From Pseudomonadota bacterium (lineage in GTDB: Bacteria; Pseudomonadota; Alphaproteobacteria; Sphingomonadales; Sphingomonadaceae), in contig JBEDET010000001.1 of NCBI GenBank assembly GCA_041175505.1, positions 45,733 to 109,732 on the forward strand: DNA of 64,000 nucleotides, given 5' to 3'. The notes below the pieces were generated by a model. The model ran no database searches, had not been told where the DNA came from, and saw only the letters and a list, made by a program, of their open reading frames with translations. This document shows positions 32,635-41,572 of the stretch, piece by piece; positions within the stretch are counted from its first letter, which is position 1; every line of letters starts with the position of its first letter. A program made the position numbers and the translations under genes.

Positions 32635-33975
32635 ATGAAGTTATTCAAGCGCCTGTCCCTCGTCGCCATGCTCGTTTCCGCAACGGCGCTGACACCGCTG
32701 ATCGCGCAAACTGTCGGTGATGATGCATCTCCAGAAGCGACATTGGCTATTCCAGATGGACAGCAACTATTTGGCAAGAACGACCCAAATGTGCGCCGTG
32801 CAACGGCGCAGGTGAATGGTGAAATTATTACAGGCACCGACATTGATCACCGCCTCGCGCTGATCATTGCTGCAAATGATAATAAGCTGCCCCCCGAAGA
32901 ATTGGCGCGTTTCCGTGCACAGATTTTGACGAACCTGATTGATGAAACGCTTCAAATTCAAGAAGCCGCAGCCAATGAGATTGAAGTCACCGACGCTGAA
33001 GTGAATCAGTATTTCAATCGCGTGGCGCAACAGAATTTCAATCGGCCCGCGAATGAGGTGGAAAAATATCTGATCTCTATCGGTTCATCGGTAGCCACGT
33101 TGAAGCGCCAGATTAAGGGCGAGCTTTCCTGGAGCCGCTTATTGTCGCGCAATGTGCGGCCATCAGCCAATGTCAGCGACGATGAAGTGAATGCCATTAT
33201 CGAGCGGATCAAGGCAACCAAGGGAACCACGGAATATCGTTTGGGCGAGATATATCTGTCCGCAACGCCGGAAACGATGCCAGCAGTCACCGAGAACGCG
33301 AAGAAAATCATCGACCAGCTGCGTCAGGGCGGTAACTTTGTCGCATATGCGCGCCAGTTTTCGGAAGCCTCAACCGCGTCTGTCGGCGGTGACCTTGGAT
33401 GGCTTTCCTTGGCGCAGCTGCCCCAGTCGCTCGCAAATGCCGCCGCCAACATGAACGCGAACGAGATTCAGGCCGTTGCCTCGCCCGGCGGGATTTCGAT
33501 ATTGCTGTTGATCGACCAGCGTCAGGTCGCAACATCCGATCCACGCGATTCCGTGCTCAGCTTGAAACAGATTGCGATCACCTTTCCAAAAGGCACCGCG
33601 GAAGCTCAAGTTGCGCCGCTGGTAAAACAATTTAGCGAAGAAACGCAGCAAATCACGGGCTGTGGCGCCGCTGACGAAATGGCGCGCAAACTGGGCGCCG
33701 ATGTCGTCAACCGCGACGGCATTAAAATCCGTGAGCTTCCTGCACCGTTGCAACAGGTCATGCTTGATCTGCAAATTGGACAATCGACACCGCCTTATGG
33801 CTCGCTGCAAGACGGCGTTCGCGTTTTCGTCTTATGTGGTCGTGATGCCCCGCAGGAAACGTCATCTGAAAGCTTCGACGAAATCATGTCACGGCTGGAA
33901 GAAGAGCGCGTAAACAAGCGCGCCCGGATTTACCTACGCGATTTGCGCCGCGACGCCGTTATCGAATATAACTGA
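32635..33975 (+). CDS. surA: SurA-family peptidylprolyl isomerase
   Basis: VNGEIIT, LIDETLQIQEA, parvulin GGDLGW and LRDLRRDAVIE. Confidence 0.9.
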   Translation: MKLFKRLSLVAMLVSATALTPLIAQTVGDDASPEATLAIPDGQQLFGKNDPNVRRATAQVNGEIITGTDIDHRLALIIAANDNKLPPEELARFRAQILTNLIDETLQIQEAAANEIEVTDAEVNQYFNRVAQQNFNRPANEVEKYLISIGSSVATLKRQIKGELSWSRLLSRNVRPSANVSDDEVNAIIERIKATKGTTEYRLGEIYLSATPETMPAVTENAKKIIDQLRQGGNFVAYARQFSEASTASVGGDLGWLSLAQLPQSLANAAANMNANEIQAVASPGGISILLLIDQRQVATSDPRDSVLSLKQIAITFPKGTAEAQVAPLVKQFSEETQQITGCGAADEMARKLGADVVNRDGIKIRELPAPLQQVMLDLQIGQSTPPYGSLQDGVRVFVLCGRDAPQETSSESFDEIMSRLEEERVNKRARIYLRDLRRDAVIEYN

Positions 33976-34994
33976 TGTCGGTTGGCCGACTGGAACTGCC
34001 ACTGGCCGTTTCGGTCGGTGACCCGGCGGGCATAGGGCCGGAGATAATCGGCAAAGCATGGGAGGCCCGCCACGCTTCTGGATTGGCGCCTTTCTTCGCA
34101 ATTGGTGATATCGCCAGCTTCGCGCCGCATTGGAATGGTCCGGTCGTCCGCATCGAAGATCCGGCCGAAACCTTTGCGCATTTTGATACGGCTCTTCCGG
34201 TCATCCAAGTGCATAACTGCATTTCGATTGTTCCGGGTGTTCCGGATCTTGATGGCGCGCATTGCGCATATCAGGCGCTTGAAATGGCGATTGGCTTTGC
34301 CCGTGCAGGCAGTGCCGCCGCGTTGGTCACGGGCCCTGTATCCAAGGCGCAATTATACGCGGTGGGCTTCACGCATCCCGGGCAAACAGAGTTTATTGCA
34401 GAGCGTTGCGGCGTTTCCAAAAACAATGCCGTGATGATGCTCGCGGGCCCTGACCTGCGCGTTGTCCCAATGACGACGCATATCCCGCTCGCGTCCGTCG
34501 CGGAGCAGCTTGACGGTCGGCTCATCCGCCAACGCCTGCGTGCGACGGCCAAGGGCCTGCAACGTAATTTTGGCATAGCAAATCCACGTCTGGCCGTTGC
34601 TGGTTTTAATCCACATGCTGGCGAATCGGGCAATATGGGCCGCGAAGAATTGGACATATTTGAACCTGCGATTGAACAGATTCGCGGTGAAGGCATCGAC
34701 GTTGTTGGCCCCTTGCCTGCCGACACGATGTTTCATGCCGAAGCGCGGTCGCATTATGACGCGGCCTTGTGCGCTTATCACGATCAGGCCCTCATTCCTC
34801 TGAAAACGCTGTATTTTCATGATGCGGTAAATATTACGCTTGGGCTGCCGGTGGTTCGCACATCGCCTGACCATGGCACTGCGTTCGGGATTGCTGGCAA
34901 GAACATGGCACTTCCGCTTTCGATGATTGCTGCCATTAAGATGGCCGAATCTGCGGCGCTTCATCGCCTAGCTGCTGCCGATCTTGGTGGATGA
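33975..34994 (+). CDS. pdxA: 4-hydroxythreonine-4-phosphate dehydrogenase
   Basis: GDPAGIGPE, NPHAGE, YHDQAL and RTSPDHGTA. Confidence 0.96.
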   Translation: MSVGRLELPLAVSVGDPAGIGPEIIGKAWEARHASGLAPFFAIGDIASFAPHWNGPVVRIEDPAETFAHFDTALPVIQVHNCISIVPGVPDLDGAHCAYQALEMAIGFARAGSAAALVTGPVSKAQLYAVGFTHPGQTEFIAERCGVSKNNAVMMLAGPDLRVVPMTTHIPLASVAEQLDGRLIRQRLRATAKGLQRNFGIANPRLAVAGFNPHAGESGNMGREELDIFEPAIEQIRGEGIDVVGPLPADTMFHAEARSHYDAALCAYHDQALIPLKTLYFHDAVNITLGLPVVRTSPDHGTAFGIAGKNMALPLSMIAAIKMAESAALHRLAAADLGG

Positions 34995-35812
34995 CGGTGT
35001 CGCTCCCTCCGCTTAGAGACGTCATTGCGCGGCATGGCTTGTCCGCAAGCAAGGCGCTCGGCCAAAATTTTCTGTTCGATGAAAAGCTGCTTGATCGCAT
35101 CGCCGCGATTCCCGGCAGCTTGGCAGGTGAGCACGTATATGAAGTTGGTCCCGGCCCCGGCGGCCTCACCAGAGCGCTCCTGCGTGCAGGCGCGCAGGTG
35201 CTGGCCGTTGAACGCGACCATCGTTGCCTTCCTGCCCTGGCGGAACTGTCAGAGGCATTTCCGGGCCAGCTTCGCGTGATTGAAGGCGATGCCCTAAAAA
35301 TCGATCCGTTCGCTGAAATTGGTGCACCGTTTCACGTTGTTTCAAACCTGCCGTACAATGTGGGCACGGCGCTTGCGGTCGGTTGGTTGGGCGGTAACGA
35401 ATGGCCGCCACGATGGAAAAGCCTGACGTTGATGTTCCAGCGTGAAGTCGCAGACCGAATTATCGCAGCGCCGGGGACGGGTGCATTTGGCCGGCTCGCG
35501 ATATTGGCGCAATGGCGGTCAAATGCCGCAATTGCGATGCCCGTTCACCGTTCCGCATTTACGCCTCCGCCAAAGGTGATGTCGGCGGTCGTGCATATCA
35601 CGCCGAAGGATGCGCCCGCAGACGTCAAAATGTCTGTTCTCGAAAATCTGACAGGCGCCGCCTTTGGCCAGCGCCGCAAAATGTTGCGACAGAGCCTGAA
35701 GGGCGTCGCAGGCGCGTTAGAAGCGTTGAGCGCCGCCGGAATAGCCGAAGATCGCCGCCCCGAAACGGTCACCATATCGGAATGGTGCGCTCTGGCAAAG
35801 GAAGTGGGTTAA
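34991..35812 (+). CDS. rsmA: 16S rRNA dimethyladenosine transferase
   Basis: LGQNFL, EVGPGPGGLT, SNLPYN and QRRKMLR. Confidence 0.96.
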   Translation: MTVSLPPLRDVIARHGLSASKALGQNFLFDEKLLDRIAAIPGSLAGEHVYEVGPGPGGLTRALLRAGAQVLAVERDHRCLPALAELSEAFPGQLRVIEGDALKIDPFAEIGAPFHVVSNLPYNVGTALAVGWLGGNEWPPRWKSLTLMFQREVADRIIAAPGTGAFGRLAILAQWRSNAAIAMPVHRSAFTPPPKVMSAVVHITPKDAPADVKMSVLENLTGAAFGQRRKMLRQSLKGVAGALEALSAAGIAEDRRPETVTISEWCALAKEVG

Positions 35813-35862
35813 CGCATATAGCAGGGGTGGCCCTTTGGATGAACCAAGGCTAAGAATGCGAC

Positions 35863-37071
35863 ATGCACACGCTATCTGCCAGCGAACGACAGGCGCTTGA
35901 AACCATAGAGCAACCACCTATGCTTGCCCAAGTCCAGAACTGGGCAGCCATCAACAGTGGCTCAGGCAATCTTGACGGGCTTGCCACCACTGCCAATTTG
36001 CTCGCAGACGCGTTTTCGGTTCTCCCGGGCGAAGTAACACTCATTGAGCCCGAACCTGTGGATCGCGTCTTATCCGACGGAACGGTGACCACAGTTACGC
36101 ATGGGCGGCATTTGCTGATGACCGTTCGCCCGGAATGTCGGGCACAACTGCTGTTTACCGGACATATGGACACGGTGTTTCCTGCAGACCACAGTTTTCA
36201 GACATTGCGCTGGCTGGACGATGGCACGCTAAATGGCCCCGGTGTGGCCGACATGAAGGGCGGCATTGCCGTGATGCTAGCCGCTTTGAAGGCTGCGGAA
36301 TCGTCCGGAAAACTTGCACAAACGGGATACCAGATACTCATCAACAGCGATGAAGAGGTTGGCTCGCCATCATCCGCACAATTGATCGCACGACTTGCGC
36401 AGAACAAGCTTGCTGCGCTCACTTATGAACCCGCATTGCCCGACGGTACGCTGGCGGGTGAACGTGGCGGAAGCGGTAATTTCTCGATCATTATTTCGGG
36501 CAAATCGGCGCATGCGGGCCGGAACCCCGACGATGGACGCAACGCGCTTTTGGCGGCGGCGGACCTAGCGCTGCGACTCAAGCAACTCTCGCGCGAAGGC
36601 CTTTCGGTGAACCCCGCCAAAATTGACGGCGGCGGGCCCAATAATGTCGTGCCCGATCATGCGATATTGCGGGTAAACTTTCGGCCGCGCACGCCAGAGA
36701 TCGTGCAGCAAACGGACGTGGACCTGCGCAGAATTGTTGCCGACATACAACGTGAACATGATGTGCGTGCGCATCTGCACGGCAGTTTCGGCCGCCCGCC
36801 GAAGCCCATTGATGATGAGGCAGCGAAGTTGTTTGGCTTGGTCAAGCAATGCGGGGCTGATCTGGGCATCCCAGTGGCATGGCGTTCGAGCGGCGGCGTA
36901 TGTGACGGCAACAATATCGCCGCCTGCGGTGTGCCCGTTGTCGATACGATGGGCGTACGCGGGGGTAGCATTCACAGTTCCGATGAATTCCTCATCGTCG
37001 AAAGTTTGGTCGAACGCGCACAATTATCGGCGCTGACGATTATGCGCTTATCAGAAAAAGGGACTTTATGA
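35863..37071 (+). CDS. M20/ArgE-DapE-family metallohydrolase
   Basis: GHMDTV, GPGVADMKGG, DEEVGS, SAHAG and CDGN. ATGA overlap with astA. Confidence 0.88.
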   Translation: MHTLSASERQALETIEQPPMLAQVQNWAAINSGSGNLDGLATTANLLADAFSVLPGEVTLIEPEPVDRVLSDGTVTTVTHGRHLLMTVRPECRAQLLFTGHMDTVFPADHSFQTLRWLDDGTLNGPGVADMKGGIAVMLAALKAAESSGKLAQTGYQILINSDEEVGSPSSAQLIARLAQNKLAALTYEPALPDGTLAGERGGSGNFSIIISGKSAHAGRNPDDGRNALLAAADLALRLKQLSREGLSVNPAKIDGGGPNNVVPDHAILRVNFRPRTPEIVQQTDVDLRRIVADIQREHDVRAHLHGSFGRPPKPIDDEAAKLFGLVKQCGADLGIPVAWRSSGGVCDGNNIAACGVPVVDTMGVRGGSIHSSDEFLIVESLVERAQLSALTIMRLSEKGTL

Positions 37072-38099
37072 CCTTCATCATCCGTCCGGCAAATTTGAAC
37101 GATCTTCAGCCAATTTATGAAATGGCCAAAAGGACAGGCGGCGGGTTTACCAATCTGCCACCCGACCGGAAGGCTCTGATGCAAAAACTGGAGCGGTCGG
37201 CCGCTGGCTTTGACCGTGTGGGTGAGGAAGTCGCCGACGATCTATATGTTTTCGTTCTGCAAAATACAGCGACAGGCGAAGTGCGCGGGACATGCCAGAT
37301 ATTTGGCAAAGTTGGCCAAAGATGGCCGTTCTACAGCTATCGCATTGGTGCACTGACGCAGCATAGCGTTGAACTTGAGCGGACATTTCGTGCGGATATC
37401 CTTAATCTGTCAACGGACCTGGAAGGCGCGACTGAAGTTGGCGGATTGTTCCTGCATCCCGGCGAGCGGGCTGGCGGATTAGGCATGCTGATTGCGCGCA
37501 GCCGATATTTGTTCATTCGCAACCACCGCGCGAGATTTGCCGACCGTACTATCGCAGAATTGCGCGGTGTCATTGACGAAGCTGGCGGATCGCCATTTTG
37601 GGACGGTGTCGCCGGCCGCTTTTTCGGCATGAGCTTTCAGGAAGCAGACGAATTCAACGCTAAGTTCGGCAACCAGTTTATCGCGGATCTCATGCCAAAG
37701 CACCCTGTCTACATTGCCATGCTTCCCGACAGTGCAAAGACCGTCATCGGCGTACCGCATCCTTCAGGCCGCGCCGCAATGCGTATGCTTGAGAACGAGG
37801 GATTTGCTTGGGAAAATTACATCGATATCTTTGACGGCGGCCCGACGATGACCGCGCGTACCGATCAAATCCGCAGCATCCGTGACGCGAAAGACGTCAT
37901 AATAACTGCCGTCAGCGATGACGTTGGCGAACATAAATCAGGTGATAAAAAGCTGATAACGCTGGGCCGTCTACATGCGTTTAAGGCCGCCTATGGCTGG
38001 ATCGATGATCGAGGCGATAATGTCATTATCGACAGCAATTGTGCACGCATGTTGGGCATTTCAGCAGGTGATGCGATAACCTATGTCGAGCGGGCCTGA
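37068..38099 (+). CDS. astA: Arginine N-succinyltransferase
   Basis: GFTNLP, EVGGLFL, AELRG, SPFWDG and YIDIFDGGP. Confidence 0.93.
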   Translation: MTFIIRPANLNDLQPIYEMAKRTGGGFTNLPPDRKALMQKLERSAAGFDRVGEEVADDLYVFVLQNTATGEVRGTCQIFGKVGQRWPFYSYRIGALTQHSVELERTFRADILNLSTDLEGATEVGGLFLHPGERAGGLGMLIARSRYLFIRNHRARFADRTIAELRGVIDEAGGSPFWDGVAGRFFGMSFQEADEFNAKFGNQFIADLMPKHPVYIAMLPDSAKTVIGVPHPSGRAAMRMLENEGFAWENYIDIFDGGPTMTARTDQIRSIRDAKDVIITAVSDDVGEHKSGDKKLITLGRLHAFKAAYGWIDDRGDNVIIDSNCARMLGISAGDAITYVERA

Positions 38100-38101
38100 T
38101 C

Positions 38102-39355
38102 ATGGCTTTGGTTGAAATAAACTTTGATGGAATTATTGGGCCAAGCCATAATTACGCGGGACTGAGCGTTGGCAACCTGGCATCGGCGAACAACGCCGGC
38201 GCACCGTCTTATCCAAGGGCGGCTGCCCTTCAAGGCATCGAAAAGATGCGCGCGAACCTGCGCCTTGGATTAGCGCAGGGCTTCTTCATGCCCCTCGACC
38301 GGCCGAACCAAAATTGGCTTTCCGGACTCTCCACCGACATGCCATCGGCAGAGCCGCATATCCGCGCCGCGGCTTTTTCGGCGTCGGCCATGTGGGCGGC
38401 CAATGCAGCCACGGTGTCGCCCGCGCCGGATACAGCGGATGGCAAATGCCACCTATCGGCGGCGAACCTGCTGACGATGGCGCACCGCAGCCATGAATGG
38501 CCCGGCACGCTTGCGCAGCTAAAACTGGCCTTTGCCGATGAAGCACATTTTGCCGTGCACGGACCCGTGCCAGCGCCGTTTGGCGATGAAGGTGCCGCAA
38601 ACTTCATGCGCCTGTGCCGAACGCACGGGGACGCTGGCATTGAGATATTTGTATATGGCAAATCGGGCGGTCCGTTCCCGGCCCGTCAACATCTGGAGGC
38701 ATCGAAAGCCATTGCGCGGGCACACCGGCTAGACGCAGCCAAAACATTGTTCGTTCTGCAATCCGAGGTCGCGATTGCCGCTGGCGCGTTCCACAATGAC
38801 GTCGTTGCCGTGGCCAACGAACATGTGCTGTTCACGCACGAACAGGCGTTCGAACATCCCGAGCGGACCTACGCCGATATCAAGCGGCTCTTGCCCGAGG
38901 CCGAGATCATCATTGTGCCTGCCGACCGGGTCAGCCTTGCCGATGCGATCCAAAGCTATCTGTTCAATGCGCAGTTGGTGAGCCTCCCCGACGGCGGCAT
39001 GGCGCTCATTCTGCCCAGCGAGGCGCAGAACAATGCGCGCGTTTGGGGTTGGCTGAGCGAGATGGTCGCAGGCAATGGCCCAATTCGCAAGCTCGTCCCC
39101 GTCGATGTGCGCCAATCGATGGCCAATGGCGGCGGCCCTGCCTGTTTGCGTCTCCGCGTGGTTGCAGATCCCGCCACCGTCGATCCGCGCTTCATCGCCA
39201 ATGAGGCTAAGCTCGACCAGATTGCCAGCGTGGTTGCTGCATATTGGCCGGAGTCGATTGTGCCGGACCAATTGGGCGATGCGTCATTAATGAATCAGGT
39301 ACGCGCGGCGCGCATGGCACTGTTAACCACGTGCGATCTAACCGCGCTCGCATAA
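38102..39355 (+). CDS. astB: N-succinylarginine dihydrolase
   Basis: EINFDG...HNYAGLS.GN.AS, SAMWAANAATV, AFHNDV and SMANGGGPACLRLRV. Confidence 0.95.
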   Translation: MALVEINFDGIIGPSHNYAGLSVGNLASANNAGAPSYPRAAALQGIEKMRANLRLGLAQGFFMPLDRPNQNWLSGLSTDMPSAEPHIRAAAFSASAMWAANAATVSPAPDTADGKCHLSAANLLTMAHRSHEWPGTLAQLKLAFADEAHFAVHGPVPAPFGDEGAANFMRLCRTHGDAGIEIFVYGKSGGPFPARQHLEASKAIARAHRLDAAKTLFVLQSEVAIAAGAFHNDVVAVANEHVLFTHEQAFEHPERTYADIKRLLPEAEIIIVPADRVSLADAIQSYLFNAQLVSLPDGGMALILPSEAQNNARVWGWLSEMVAGNGPIRKLVPVDVRQSMANGGGPACLRLRVVADPATVDPRFIANEAKLDQIASVVAAYWPESIVPDQLGDASLMNQVRAARMALLTTCDLTALA

Positions 39356-39449
39356 GCGTCGGTTTTTCTTACAATCGGCGCGTCCGTTAACCATCGTCAC
39401 CGCTGCAAATACTGATTTGGCACGGGCATTGCTTCATATTCAGTTAACT

Positions 39450-39674
39450 ATGAAACGCATCCTACGCCTGTTCACGATCAAAACGAAACTGGAGGTCTTT
39501 ATGATCACCTACGCGCTTGGCTTGGGTGCCGTGAAGCGTGGTCAGGAGTATATGATCCAATATCCCGGCAACATCGGGAAAGTGTTCTTTCTGCTGTGCA
39601 CAGGCGCCGTTTTTATCGCTGCCGCCAAAATGCTTCAGGCGGTCGAATTTGATGCAGCCTTCGGCGAGGATTAA
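39450..39674 (+). CDS. Small hypothetical membrane protein (74 aa)
   Basis: ATG at 39450 and two hydrophobic segments; fills the gap between astB and ssrA. Confidence 0.7.
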   Translation: MKRILRLFTIKTKLEVFMITYALGLGAVKRGQEYMIQYPGNIGKVFFLLCTGAVFIAAAKMLQAVEFDAAFGED

Positions 39675-39711
39675 ACCTCAGCATCACATTAAATAAGGAA
39701 AAGTCCCGGGA

Positions 39712-39852
39712 TTCTGTTGCTCGGCGGTTCAACAGCTCGCGCATTTTTTAACCGTAAAACCGGTTCCCACTTTTCCTGAAAATGCTGGATTAGGTGGGGG
39801 GTTTCTGTTGCTCGGCACCCCCCGGGCCGCCGTAACCTTTCTGTTGCCCGGC
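39712..39852 (-). repeat. Three copies of GCCGRGCAACAGAA in the 3' region of the tmRNA coding piece
   Basis: + strand TTCTGTTGCTCGGC at 39712-39725 and 39803-39816, and TTCTGTTGCCCGGC at 39839-39852. Confidence 0.9.
39740..39786. repeat. Short palindromic repetitive element (alphaproteobacterial GCATTTT...AACCGGTT...AAAATGC type)
   Basis: GCATTTT (39741-39747) and AAAATGC (39779-39785) form terminal inverted repeats around an AACCGGTT palindrome (39758-39765). Confidence 0.65.
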
Positions 39853-40178
39853 CGGTCCGGCCGCGTTCTTTTAGTATAAGTTCAGACCGTGAGGCCCAAA
39901 ATTATGCTGCGAGAGCAAGTGCTTCGTTATCGTTTGCACCTATTGGTTATGAACCATTTCACGGCTTATTCATGCCGGGCAAAAACAATGCTTTTCAACG
40001 CACGTCGATCCTAGTTCAGCCCCTCCAATACCTCTGAAAAACAGAGATTTTGGTGGAGCTGCCGGGTACCGCCCCCGGGTCCGCTGCATCTATTGCACAC
40101 CGCAATTTATCACCATAGCCGGGCGAACCCGGCACCGACCTATATAGGCGCTTTTTCGTGAATGGGAAGTGAAGGCGG

Positions 40179-40511
40179 TTAAAGACCCTGCATATTTCGG
40201 CTCTCTGCCGGAATGTGCACAACCAGTCCGTCGAGATCGGGTGTCAGGACGATTTGGCAAGACAAACGACTGGTGCGCCGCGCACCGGTAGCAAGGTCGA
40301 GCATGTCTTCCTCGTCCTCAACCGACCGAGGAAGTTTATCGAACCATAGCTTGTCAATGATCACATGGCAGGTTGAACAGGCCATTTGGCCCTCACAGGT
40401 GCCTTCCAACGGCTGGCCCGCGGCTTGGGCGATTTCCAGCAGGCGCTGGCCTTCCACCGCTTCGACGCTCTGGACAGTGCCATCGGCAGTGATGAACGTG
40501 ACTTTGATCAT
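40179..40511 (-). CDS. 2Fe-2S ferredoxin (adrenodoxin/Fdx type)
   Basis: CEGQMACSTCH, EEDMLD and SRLSCQI. Confidence 0.95.
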   Translation of the reverse strand: MIKVTFITADGTVQSVEAVEGQRLLEIAQAAGQPLEGTCEGQMACSTCHVIIDKLWFDKLPRSVEDEEDMLDLATGARRTSRLSCQIVLTPDLDGLVVHIPAESRNMQGL

Positions 40512-41572
40512 AGCATTGCCTCTGCTGACCGGTTGATTGCAGTTGCGGCCATATCAATCTCTTCCGCCGTCGTATAGCGGCCAAAACCCAAACGTATGGA
40601 TGATTTCGCCTGTGCGTCAGTAAGGTCAAGCGCGCGCAACACATGGCTGGGGCGGCCAGAACCACTGGCGCAGGCAGATCCAGCGGAAAAGGCGATGTTC
40701 CGGCACTCCGATATCAATCGCGCGGCGTCGACGCCGTCGCGGCGGATATTGAGATTGCCTTTATAGCGTTGGGTCGTCGAACCGTTGATGGTCCAGTCCG
40801 CAAATGCACTGGCTGCGCGGTCCCATAAGGCAGACACATGCGTGGCATCCGCGTCCATGCGCTCCGCCGCCAATTTGGCGGCTGCGCCAAATCCAGCGCA
40901 CAAAGCGGGCGACAATGTGCCCGATCGCATGCCCTGCTCCTGACCACCGCCGAGCATTTGCGGGGTGAGCGCAATGCCGTCACGCACCCACAGGGCGCCA
41001 ATGCCTTTTGGACCGTGGATTTTATGCGCGGATATCGCGATCATGTCGGGGCCATCGGGGATCGGCATGCGTCCAAATGCCTGAACTGCATCGCATAGAA
41101 ATAGATTGCCTTGGGCGTGTGCGGCGCCTGCCAGCTCCGCGATTGGCTGGATGGTCCCAATCTCGTTATTGACCAGCATGATGGCAGTTAACGCCTGCCC
41201 ATCCAAGGCGCCAGACGTTTGCATTTCGGGACAAATCAAGCCCGAAATATCAACGGGGAAAGTCCGCCCACCTAGAAATTCAACAACGTCCAAAACCGCA
41301 GCATGCTCGGTCGCGGCAGCGGTGACGGGTAAGCCGCAGCCCATGATGGCCAGATTGATCGCCTCGGTCGCGCCAGAGGTAAAGATCACGCGCCCGCCCT
41401 TCGGCAGCAGCGCTGCGATTTGATCGCGGGCAACCTCAACGGCCGCAGCTGCCGCCCTGCCCGCTGCATGCGCGCTATGCGGGTTGGCAAAGCCATCCTT
41501 CAGCCAAGGCTCCATCGCGGCAAATGCCTCTGGAGCAAGCGGCGTTGTGGCTTGGTAATCGAGGTAGATCAT
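40508..41572 (-). CDS. Cysteine desulfurase (IscS-like, YLDYQAT type)
   Basis: YLDYQATTP, NNEIG, SAHKIHGPKG and SAGSACASG (catalytic Cys present). Confidence 0.92.
   Translation of the reverse strand: MIYLDYQATTPLAPEAFAAMEPWLKDGFANPHSAHAAGRAAAAAVEVARDQIAALLPKGGRVIFTSGATEAINLAIMGCGLPVTAAATEHAAVLDVVEFLGGRTFPVDISGLICPEMQTSGALDGQALTAIMLVNNEIGTIQPIAELAGAAHAQGNLFLCDAVQAFGRMPIPDGPDMIAISAHKIHGPKGIGALWVRDGIALTPQMLGGGQEQGMRSGTLSPALCAGFGAAAKLAAERMDADATHVSALWDRAASAFADWTINGSTTQRYKGNLNIRRDGVDAARLISECRNIAFSAGSACASGSGRPSHVLRALDLTDAQAKSSIRLGFGRYTTAEEIDMAATAINRSAEAML

Larger units (their letters stand above)
39700..40135 (-). ncRNA. ssrA: Circularly permuted two-piece tmRNA
   Basis: The acceptor piece ends ...CCCGGCAGCTCCACCA at 40051. 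A 27-nt intervening segment follows. The coding piece starts GGGGCTGAACTAGGATCGAC at 40023, and the tag ANDNEALALAA* is at 39937-39902. Outer ends are approximate. Confidence 0.95.

Noticed and set aside
39712-39852. Possible mini-CRISPR (three repeats)
   Set aside because: Repeats are only 14 nt with irregular spacers (77 and 22 nt), no cas genes are present, and they lie at the ssrA locus.
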